The translations under genes and the position numbers were made by a program. Of a stretch of 64,000 nt of DNA, positions 11,305 to 22,500 are shown piece by piece (position 1 is the stretch's first letter; each line of letters begins with the position of its first letter). The stretch covers positions 62,001-126,000 of the forward strand of contig JAQGDQ010000044.1 in the NCBI GenBank assembly GCA_030141605.1. Reading direction: 5' to 3'. This stretch comes from Tubiluchus corallicola (taxonomy: Eukaryota; Animalia; Priapulida). A model generated the notes under the pieces. It did not search any database, had not been told where the DNA came from, and saw nothing but the letters and a program-made list of their open reading frames with translations.

Positions 11305-13138
11305 TGTTTTAACACTTCTTGTTTTTTAACTAAACGCGTTAAACGTGCTTCTCAAATCTACTTTACAACAAAATGTAGGATTTTAATACACGAATGTAGT
11401 TCTGTGCGAAGTAGTAGCTTAAATATAACGGTAACTCCACAACTTATGTTACTCTATGCATTTCACATAAAAGCGATTTTGTTTTGACATCAAATGCTTA
11501 ACGTGCCGTACTGCTTGTTCTATGTTTGCATTTTTTGACTAGCTGATTCTATCGGGCTACGAAGAAGCCTCTTACTACATGTGGCGTGAAAATCGTATAA
11601 AGTTGCCTGCTTGCCCTTATTACATATATACCTGTCATATGGTGACAACTGTTACCAGGTAATCACGTTATTGTCAGACGAAGAGCTAATAATATGATAC
11701 TAAATTTTGATACTAATTCATTAACACTGTGTGTCCGATTTCCATCTTTCAGCATTGACTGCATAAGAACACCAATTTACATCGAATAGGTAAATAACTT
11801 TAAATATCGATAATATGAAAGAAATTGTTGAAAGCGTTTCAAATGTTTGAATTAAAGTGATTTCATTCTCGAGGACTGCTGCAGGTTTCTGACTGTTGTC
11901 TGCATAATATTCCACGTTTCGTAGTCTACATCTTCTGAGTCTAGTGCTAATGAGTAATTAGTTATTACGACACTATCTTCATCCTTCACACTTTTCCTTC
12001 ACCCTTCATAATTTTCTGCATTGTACTTGTCATTGAGAAGTTTTGCACTCATGAATGCATGATACTTTTTAAACTTGTAATTTTTTTCACTGTTTTCACG
12101 AGCAGTTTACTTTAGTCTCAGTTATACAAGTTTTCACTGTCGCTATACAGCTCCACCATTTTAACTCGATCTTTTTAAATTACATGGAAATACAGTGTTC
12201 CATTAAATAAGCTAGTCTGTGAAAGTGTAACAAGATTCAGCGTAATAAGATCGATCTGTCTGGCAACTGAGAAAACAAAGATATTATATGTCAGTTCTTT
12301 CTGTTGTAAATGTAAGTAATCACATATTATAATGACACAAGTATCAAATGGCTGTGTAAAATACTTCACCCGACAATTATTGTTTCAACTAAACAAACTT
12401 ATTTGATTGGCTGGTTTAACAATGTTGTACATAGGATAAGGTGTATGGAAAGAATGCCGTAGTTGCTGGATTTTTTTATATACAATTCCAATCCTGCAAG
12501 CAGCATCCAGCATTTTGTGGCAGGCCCTACTCAAATTAGATAGCCGAAACAGGGACCGAACTCATTTTGAAGGAATAGCTTCTAAGATGACCCACTTAAT
12601 CGGTAGTGATATCTCAGTCGACATTCGGATGTGCACTATACATCCTCCCTTTTATGAGGTAAACAGCCTAAATCAGCACGGCAAATAAAGAAACCCAGAG
12701 CCAGAATCAAAGTGGTATTAATTATAATTGTCTTATAACAAGTAACGTGTATCATGCAATGTGTAAATTATGGTGCAATGAATGTTAAACATATAATACG
12801 GACTTTTTACGCATTTTCTATTTATTGTAAATAAAGGTTTTATATTACTGCTATGTTCAAAATTTAACTATTCTTGTGCTTGCCAATGGTGGAAAGTGAT
12901 TTACTACAACAGTTCAGCGATTAGATGATATACTGTCACTTTCTATTTTAGTTTCGTATAAGAATTCCCGCACTTTTTAACTCTATGTATTTTGATGCCT
13001 GTTGATACCGAATAAGCTGCACACTCAGCACTGTTTGATAAATAGTTTGCATCAACCTTTGGAGACATTGCATTTAAGAAACACAGCACAAAGTTGACCA
13101 AGTCAAAAATTGAGCTGGAATTGATAAAACCTTTTGCG

Positions 13139-14089
13139 TTAGATTGTAGTTTCTGTCTGCCTGCTGAATAATCGAGCAAATGCTTTTCTGAATTGTGAAA
13201 TACTGGATGCGTATATTACAGGATTGATGCAGCAGTTCAGCATTCCTATGCCCAACAGTACTGTTCTCATTTCCCACTGGCCATGAGCATATGCCATATA
13301 TGTCATATCCACATACCCTGGCATCCAGCAACATATAAATACCGCTGATACTACTCCCAATGTAATTGTTGCACGTATTCTTTTTGCACTTGCTGCCGCA
13401 TTTTGTTTTTGATGGTTCCAATCATATATTTGACGAGTTTGCAGCCACACCACTCCCAGTATCTTCATGTACATCACCATGATTGCTGTAGATGGAGCAA
13501 AGAAACAGAGCCCAATGTCCAAAGCTACTAATATATAAAAGTTGAGTGTGGTGTTTTTGTCACTGCCTAGTATTAAGATTACAATTGACACCACAAGCGG
13601 TACTGTCCAAGCTAAACAAATGGCTGACTTTAGTGATGTTTCTGTTATATACAAGTTATATCGCATGGGATATAAAACAGCAATGTAGCGCTCCACTGCA
13701 ATCATAACTATCGTCAAAACGCCTACATTGGTTACAAGAATCATTAGATTCATTGCAATAAGTGTCATTCTTGCAGAGCTGATGATAAAACATCCAGTCA
13801 AGAAGAGTAGAGTACTAATTCCTGCTGCCAAGTCAGCACTAGCCAGTGATGCAATGAGGTAGTTTGCTCTTGTCCGAAGTTCGTGAAATTTGTAGATGGC
13901 GAGAAGAACAAAACCGTTTCCACTCGTTGCAGTTATGAAAATGAATACATAGAAGCCAATATGGTAATAGTTTTTTCTTGAGTAATCATTGTACGTGTTG
14001 TTAGCAGCAGATTCTTGTGTGGTGTTAGAGTCCGTGAAGATGCTTATAACGTTGACAGAGGTGCCGTCCGTTTTTTCACAGTTCACCAT
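13139..14089 (-). CDS. Intronless class A orphan GPCR, cluster 1 gene D
   Basis: 316 aa; SGN, LASAD, ERY, CWMP, NPVIY, FRKAF. Confidence 0.95.
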   Translation of the reverse strand: MVNCEKTDGTSVNVISIFTDSNTTQESAANNTYNDYSRKNYYHIGFYVFIFITATSGNGFVLLAIYKFHELRTRANYLIASLASADLAAGISTLLFLTGCFIISSARMTLIAMNLMILVTNVGVLTIVMIAVERYIAVLYPMRYNLYITETSLKSAICLAWTVPLVVSIVILILGSDKNTTLNFYILVALDIGLCFFAPSTAIMVMYMKILGVVWLQTRQIYDWNHQKQNAAASAKRIRATITLGVVSAVFICCWMPGYVDMTYMAYAHGQWEMRTVLLGIGMLNCCINPVIYASSISQFRKAFARLFSRQTETTI

Positions 14090-15103
14090 TGCTGTGTTGA
14101 AGCTTTTCTTTTCTGCTAGAAGGTTTTTTCTCTATATTCTGCTGCTATAATCTCACTTTTCTTATAGTCTAATTTCTCATGTTAGAGACAACGTCACTTG
14201 AATATCATATTTGTCGTACTGTTAGTGATTGAAACAAAAACAAGAACATTATTAAAAACAAGAATGAATTATTTACAACTTTATACTGCCACATTATAAT
14301 TTTGATTGTGCAAAGATTTGCAGCATGTTAGCACTCTTGCTAGCTCCAGAAACTGGATTGATCTTTGTCAGTGTCATTTCCAGATTTAACATTGTCATAG
14401 TTATAGCTGTGTTTGATTAGTACCCGTCTTCTGTGTTTACTTCATGCTAGCACAGGTGTTTAAACAACAGAAATGTGCAATGTATCGCGTGCTCAGACCA
14501 TTTAACAAATTTGGTAAAGTAATATGATCAGTTAATTGCATCGCAAGTGTCTGAGCATCGCTGCCTCACTGGTCGATATATCGATGCAATGATTAAATAA
14601 TACATCACATTTGCAGTTTTTCACACAGTAGTCCAAGCATGGAAGACCTTTGCAGTTTGTCCCAATAACAGATAATGCTGTAATGTTTTAAGTATTATTG
14701 TACCATAATTTTTAGAGTTACTCATTATTGCTGCACTTTATTTGAATGGAGAAGCCTGTATTTAAATTTAAGGAAGACTTATTTTGCATTTCGTAGGTAT
14801 TACACAGCATTTACGTTATTATCATCATTAATTATGTTTAGAAGACCATTAGGCTATTACTTTGTCTCAATTTTCCATAGCTGTTATGTAGTAGTAGCCT
14901 ATGCCGTAGTTTGTCCACATTGTACTAAATGTGTATATTAATACATTTTAACTTAGCATTTTTTGTATAATTTAGCACTCTGCAAGCTGAAATCCAGCAT
15001 TCTTTGGCAGGGCCTTCTCAAAATTTATGTCCTTGGTAAGACTGGGTTAGTTTGGGTAAAAATGGAGGATTTCGGTTGCTTGAAGTGAAAATTCACGCTT
15101 ACA

Positions 15104-15453
15104 AATAAGCCTTTTCACAGTAGGTTGGAAGTTAAGTGAATGCCAGCAATGCATCTTTACTATAACTGTCACATGACAAGTGGGTAAAGCAAAGCCGTCT
15201 GCTACATCAGTTCGTTTTACATGGACTTTACTTAATTATGCATTAGTCTATGCGATGTAGAGTGATTTACTAGCAGTATCTTGCTTGGGAACAAGAAAAA
15301 ATGAACTAGGTAAGGTTCTATGTGTTAAAACGATTACTATTACAATAACATGGGCTGCTATTGTCAAGTGTACACAAATGTGTTGTCTGGTTCACTTAAC
15401 CTTTGACCTTTTCACGATCAGTATCAATTGCTGGAACTGTGGAAAAGCTTATT
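15104..15453. mobile_element. MITE family X, copy 1 (AATAAGCCTTTTCACAGT termini)
   Basis: Terminal inverted repeats; interior shared with 18324-18703 and 40971-41348. Confidence 0.85.
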
Positions 15454-16398
15454 GCTTGAGAATGGGTGAATTTTGTCTGTTTTCAGCTGTTGTTGAGTCC
15501 GTGATAGGTTTAATATTGGTAATTGCTAGCAAAAATAAAATACATTGAAAACTCTTCAAGTGTTTTTACATAATCAGCCAAAATCTTGGTTCCAGGAAGT
15601 TTTTTCATTCACTTGCAATAAAATAATGGCTCATTAAATACCGGCTTCAAGCCAAGTTGTTTCTGCTAGTCAAATTATATCGTTATAATTGGTTAATTCT
15701 TTCACAACATTTTTTGCTGTGTTTAATTGCTGTCATTGTTAGTGTTGTGATGACCTACCTCATCGATAGAGGCTGTCTGCAAAAGCCAAATTTTGTAATT
15801 AAACTTTGTATGACATTAATAGCAATTTTTTTAGAGAGACTCGGTGAAATTGGCACTGTCTCTACTATCATTGACAGTTATGGGATGATGAAATGGTCTC
15901 TTGTTTCAGATGATACTTTATTTGTGTGTACCTGTTAATTAAATATTAAGACAGACAGTGTCACAAAGAAAACTAATAGCGATAGTTGTAATTAAATTTA
16001 AATAACAATATATTTGCACAAATCAAGATTAGAACAGGTCTTTATATGGAAAGATTGCATAAAAATAATCAGACACGTTATCAATATGCACGTCGCGTGT
16101 GTATGTTGCATATGAGATTGTGAGTAAATTTCAGTTATTTAGCAAACATTCCAATAAATAGTTGGTTTTTTTATTAGTTGCATTATTACCAGAAAGACAT
16201 TGCATAACTGACACTATATGCAACACGTTTACACACTATAAGAGCAGAAATAAGAGATGTAGCACCATTCGTGACACAGTCACCGTGTACGATTAATTTA
16301 GATGTAATAATTGTTTAACGGTTGCGAAGTTCTTACTAGTTTTTATATCTTTTATGTCTTATTGAGTTACTTGTATCTCAGTTTAGGAGGTTTTTTGC

Positions 16399-17289
16399 TT
16401 ACATGACCTCTTGCATTGTTAAAATTTGTTTGAAAGCTTTTCTGAATTGGGAACTGTATGCTGCATATATAACAGGATTTATGCAACTGTTAAACATTCC
16501 TATATCTAGAAATATTACAATAGTAAAATTAAAACTATCGCAAATAAGTGAATAGATCACATTGACATAAAAAGGCAAAAAACAACTTATGAATGCACAT
16601 GTCACTGAGCCCAACATAATCGTTGCTCGTATTTTTCTTTGGCTTGTTGAATCGGTGTTGCATTGATCATTGTTTGCTATTCTTCTTAATTGCAATCGAA
16701 TAACTTTCCAGATCCTTAGATATATTACAGTGATCAATGCAGATGGAATAATGAAGAAGCACACAAGATCTATAATTGCGATTGCAAGATTGTTGTCTAG
16801 ACAAAAAATTGTTACAGTGTATAGAACTGACGTTGTCCAAATTGCACAGATCATGGATTTTACAGATTTTTCCGTCACATATATATTGTACTTTAATGGA
16901 TGTATAATGGCTACATAGCGCTCTATTGCTATGACGGTGATGTGGATTATGCTTGCATTTACGCTAAAAGCAAAACTAATATTGAGTATTATTGAAGATT
17001 TGTACACAGAAACTATAAGGTAGAACAATGAAAAAATTCCCACTGTTACATCAGTAGCAGCAAGTGATGAAACAAGATAATTCGTTTTTGTTCTCAGTTG
17101 TTGGGACCGATAAACAGCCAGAAGAACTAAACCATTACCTGACGTTGCTGTCACAAATATGAACACCAGAAGAAATGTGTGTAGGTAGTTGAGACCTTCA
17201 GTCTCATTCCTTAAATTTGTGCCAGTTGACTCCCGAGAATAGTTAAAGAATGTTCCGTTGTGCCCTTTCACTGTATTGTTCGAATTCAT
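16399..17289 (-). CDS. Intronless class A orphan GPCR, cluster 1 gene E
   Basis: First ATG is 17289 (the ORF track used a GTG); SGN, LAATD, ERY, CFLP, NPVIY, FRKAF; several NxS/T sequons. Confidence 0.94.
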   Translation of the reverse strand: MNSNNTVKGHNGTFFNYSRESTGTNLRNETEGLNYLHTFLLVFIFVTATSGNGLVLLAVYRSQQLRTKTNYLVSSLAATDVTVGIFSLFYLIVSVYKSSIILNISFAFSVNASIIHITVIAIERYVAIIHPLKYNIYVTEKSVKSMICAIWTTSVLYTVTIFCLDNNLAIAIIDLVCFFIIPSALITVIYLRIWKVIRLQLRRIANNDQCNTDSTSQRKIRATIMLGSVTCAFISCFLPFYVNVIYSLICDSFNFTIVIFLDIGMFNSCINPVIYAAYSSQFRKAFKQILTMQEVM

Positions 17290-18323
17290 GGCTCTTCCAC
17301 TGTCCTTTTTGTTTAGCACCACTATGGCAGTCAGTCATTTGTGATTCTGCAACTTTAAATGTTGTTTTAGTTGGGCCACCGTGTGGTAGGCCTGCTGTCG
17401 TTAGTTTCTGTTGAACTTTAGCAGCATTTTGTCACTGTCGTGTGATAAATTCCAGTCTTTGTACAATTTAGGCTACCCACCTTTCTGTACTGCCTTTTGG
17501 TGCTATCACATTTAGTTATTTCCTCTCACTGAGGAAAGGGTTTACTTTTCAGCTGTAGAAACACTTTGTTTCTTTGGACACTTTGAAACTCTGTTTGTTT
17601 GAGACATGTACATCAACCAAGACTAGCAAAATGGAAATTTGTTAGGTAGCTTCGTGCTTGTTTTATGTGCCAAGCTGTTAACAAGGCCAAAACACAATCT
17701 TTGTTTTCTGTTGTGTTTGATTTGTCACCTTCTACATTGTCACATGTTCTGCAATCACACTTACATGTTGATTCAGCAGCTCTGCTTAGTTGTATGCTTA
17801 GCAGAAAAATCTTTTAATTGCTCATTTAGCTATCTTCACATTCTGTGCCATTGCTGTAAAAATCAGGTTAGGCCTGAACGTTCGAATTTGATTGCAATGA
17901 TTTTTTTAGTTCGAATTCGATTCGAACCTAAAATGATAGATGCAAATAATTCAGCACTTCAACCTAATATGATCATTAAAGCGTTTGAAACATCATGCAG
18001 TCAGCACTGTCTAGCTTGGATTTTTGTGCACAATTTTAAACAAATAGAAAGAACAAAGCCAATCAACATGCATGATCTTTGCAAGACTGCTTTTTATTAA
18101 CGATTCAAATTCGAAAATGCTGAAATTCAGTTTGATTCGAGTTCGAAAAGTACAGGTTCGATTCAATTCAAATCTGGTTTTTGGTAGAGAATGCTGGTTC
18201 CCTAGAGAAAATACGGCTTTTGGTAAGTTAATAAAACGAAATTGAAAAATAGGATTGCCGTTCATTTTCATAAATTACAGTAGTCAGTTGATGAATGCAA
18301 TTACTGTATTCCGCTGAAAGCTG

Positions 18324-18703
18324 AATAAGCCTTTTCACAGTTTCGTTGTGTGCATGCTCAGTTGCTATAGGTCAAAGGTAAAGTGTACTACAGCAATGCG
18401 TCTTAGCTACAACCGTCACGTGACGTGTGTGAAGCTAAGTATCAGTTCAGTAACTTCAGTTTTAGTTGGACTTTTCTTAATCATGCATTAGTCTGTGCAT
18501 AAGGTGATTTACTAGCAGGATCTTGCTTGGGAACAAGAAAAAGTGAACTAGGTAAGGTTCTAGTTAGCTATTAAAGCTGTCACTATTACAATAGTATGGG
18601 CTGCGAGGCATTGCCAAGTGTACACAAATGCGTTGTCTGGCGCACTTAACCTTTGACACTTTCACGATCATCATCAATCGCTGGAACTGTGAAAAGGCTT
18701 ATT
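18324..18703. mobile_element. MITE family X, copy 2
   Basis: Perfect 19-bp TIR aataagccttttcacagtt / aactgtgaaaaggcttatt. Confidence 0.9.
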
Positions 18704-19249
18704 GTTGTGCAGCTGCCTCTTTTTATCGGAATTTCCTGATCAATATAAATTTGTACAAAGTTCACAATAATTTGCAAATGAGTATTTAACTTTATCTACC
18801 GTCAAACCTGAAAGACGAAGATTGAAAGTCTGTCATAGATGTGTTCTGTATTGTAGATGTGTATTGCAGTATACTGCTAGCTCTTTCCTCTGCACAATTG
18901 CTAGAGATAACGTTCAACTGTAAATTGTTTTTGCAGCAGTTTGGAGAAATTGTTTTTGTAAAGTTATAAAAATGTTGCAAACTAAATTTTTTCACCACTT
19001 TTTTGTTGTTGTTTAACACTGCTAATTATTAACATTGACTTATTTTGCGTTTTAAACATCAAGAGCTTTTGGTTTAGTTTTTGCGTGTAATACTCACAGC
19101 AGCATAGCTATTTGGCCCTCGTGATTTCACGACATTGACGATCATATGCTATAATTGATTATTTATAATTTTAGTATCAAGATTAGTGATGGTACAAACT
19201 CGAAATTATTTGAACTGTGAAACCTTGAATCTTGAAAACTTGGAAACAT

Positions 19250-19320
19250 GTGAAAAGGGTGGACTCGAACCAGGTGCCTTCTACATAGAAGGGTGACCAC
19301 ACGACTGCTAGACTACTGTA
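19250..19320 (-). repeat. tRNA-derived (SINE-head-like) fragment
   Basis: Minus strand has an A-box-like TAGTCTAGCAG and a B-box GGTTCGAGTCC; no intact cloverleaf. Confidence 0.5.
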
Positions 19321-19541
19321 TTCTTCAGCGACCTTGATAGTCCAAAGTTTATCTTATCTCTTATAGCTATCCAGTCCCTTCAGCATTTCCAATGTTAGAT
19401 CACTCATGCTAGAATAAGTGATTCTAACTAACAACATTCATTTTAAATTTGTTTAATTTTGGGTTTTTATCGCGATTCATAATTATGTTATAATGTGTTG
19501 TATACCACGTGAAACAAAATATTGTGTCTTTTTTGTTATAG

Positions 19542-22500
19542 GCAATCACCACTGGTACTGTTCCCAGTTTTCTGGATGTTGTATTCAATATGCATACAAG
19601 TGCCCTTGTAGAAGACAACGTTATTCACCAGCTGAAGTTGGTAAAGTGTTAAAATGAGAATATTTATTTAGTAGAAAGCACATAATGAAATATTTATTCT
19701 AAATGCCTTTGAGTGGACAAGCTGCTAAAACATTACTGCATGCCAGCCGTAGTAATTAATTCAATGTTTAGACTGCTAAAACATATTAAAATGAACTATA
19801 GCTCTACAACTTTACATGATGCTGTTTTTGAAAATAGTGTAAAAGCACAGTTATCAGTTATTAAAGTGCTACTTTCTATACTAAAATACATGACTGCACA
19901 ATGAAAGTATAAAAAATGCTTATTAAGCATTTTGCAAGTTCCCATTAACCTTTTTCTTCAAACATCTGTAATTCTGCAGCCTAACAGGTGAATGAGTGAT
20001 TGTGTTGGGAACCTACGTGCACTTAGAACTAGTCACTGGCAGCTATATTTGTTAGACTATCTATAATGCAACTTTTTTCTACCAGTTGTGGACCTCTGGA
20101 AACCTGGAATAAGCACAAAATGATAAATTTTGCCTTCTGAATGTTTGGTCACTTTGTTCAGGTTGGACGATAATAGAACAAATCTTCTGGCTCTACGCTT
20201 GTACGCTTTGTCGTCAGATTAACAATGCTACCTTTTTCAATCTTTCATGCACGCATTATAATTATAACTATTTGAATTTGAATTTGAAAATAATAGTTTT
20301 TTAAAACATGCTTGTGGCAGGAATCAAAAGAAATTTACCTTGGTGTAGAATTACTCCAAAAATAAAAACATCTAACCTGGGTTAAAGGCCAAAATGTGCT
20401 GAATGTTACTGCTTTGTTTCTTAAACTTGCTGAAATGAGACTTCTTTGGGGGAATGACAGTCGTATGTGTGCGCAGGATGGTCGGAAGGCTGTTTTCTAT
20501 GGAGATGACACTTGGCTGAAATTGTTCCCGGAAATCTTCGTAAGATATGATGGAACGTCATCGTTCTTTGTCACGGATTATACAGAGGTAAATAGAATTT
20601 AACTAGTTACACTCCAACCTCAGACTGCATTATTGGCAATAATGATAGCTGCTGTATTACCTTACTTTCATCTCCCTTGCAGTTTTCCAGTTTTGCCTGC
20701 AGACCTGCACTTGGTGACTGTGTACATTGAAACTAATCCATTACCTTCATTGATACTAATCCTTTGCCTTATCTAGGATGTCTTATTCCTGTTCAATAAT
20801 TAATAAAAGATCATCAGTTTGTCTGAATTTGCCTTCTAGGTTGATAATAATGTGACCAGACATTTGGATGCGGAACTGGCTACTCAGGATTGGGATGCAA
20901 TGATTCTCCATTATTTAGGACTGGACCATATCGGCCATCTGTTTGGACCGCACAGTGCTCTTATTGGACCCAAACTGCAGGAAATGGACAGCATTGTGGA
21001 GAAAGTTTACTCAAGCCTAGCTGAAAAGGTATAGGTAAGATGCTAGCAAGTTGTAAACATATTTTTGTGTGCCCGTCTGTCCAGTAATAACAATCTTTAT
21101 TATGTACTTCTGTCCAACATAGAACCAATTTTCTAATGTGATTGAGAATAAACAAAAAGCAAAGTTTGTTAAAAACCAAAGACACCATTTTTTAGCTAGT
21201 TTGAGTACAATTCTAACAAAATCAAAATTCAATTCTTGGAAGAGTTTCAAAAAAATCTTGGCTTCAGTTTGTGTTTGTCTTTTGTGCAAATAAATAACCA
21301 GAATTAATTTAAATGCATAATATTGTAAGGTTCTTTAACCATTATCATAAGTTCATTTTTTGCATTTAAAACTTATACTCTCATTGGTAACAGTGTGAAA
21401 AATTGTTTGTACATCAACAGTAAAATATGTTTATATTTGTTTATTCGTGATTATGAACTGGCGAAGATTTTAAATTCTTGCAGGATTTGCGGCGAGAATT
21501 GCCTTCTTTACTTGTGTTATGCGGCGATCACGGCATGAGCGATGCTGGCAGTCATGGCGGCTCCACCTACAGTGAAATAATGACACCACTGGTTTTCCTG
21601 TCTTCTGCTTTTCAAGACATTGCAACCGCGAATGGTAAAATTGTCATTTGCTGTCTGTTGAGCTATTGTCATTATATGCTATACTGCTAAAGAAGAAATG
21701 TTTTTTGTATTAATGTGTTAACCCTCTGTCACCTGAAATTGGCTGCAAAGACATTCTGGGCATGTTTGTTTAGCTCATTTTGCCCTGAATCTATCTTCTT
21801 TGACATTTAAAAGGTATCCTATTGTATATCAAGTGTCAATTATTTTCATTGTAATATTAATTACATCACATTTGGGGTGTTTTCATTCCAATGATGCCGT
21901 ATTAACTTTCTCCACTGTTTAGTATGGGCAAAGATAAGAAAGTAAACAAATGCTAAACATTTTTTATAGCATTGGCTAACTGGCTTTATAATTTACTGCT
22001 TTTATGGAAGAATGGGCTATATTAGGCTTTCAGAGCTAATTAAGCAAAATAATGTGTTTCATTAATTAAGAACATGCCTTCTGACGGTTTTTTTATTATA
22101 ATTTTTCATGTGCAAACTTAATACTGCATTTGTCAATACAGCAAAGTAGTCAACGATATGACTTAAATTTACTAACTAACCAAAGTGGTAAACAGTAGCG
22201 TTTTTCTGCATTTATGCATGGGGTACGATTACACCCTGGCATTGCTGCTATTAGCATTTTTCATGGTGGAGGAGAGTTAATTAATATGTTAATGTATTTT
22301 CACATGTACTGCGTAAAGCACATCCTCTAAGATGAATCTAAGGTGAACTAGCAAAACTTCAGATTTCGAACATGTATGCATACTCCATCTATGAGTAAAC
22401 AGCCACAATCTTTACTGTGAATGAAACTGCCCAGATATAGTGTCGTGGCCAGGATCCTGCACCTTGCGTGACAATTTGGCTATTTATTCCATATATTATG

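Noticed and set aside
17639-18271. 153-aa and 86-aa ORFs
   Set aside because: No domain signal; they overlap a TTCGA-rich repeat-like segment, probably a transposon remnant whose ends I could not define.
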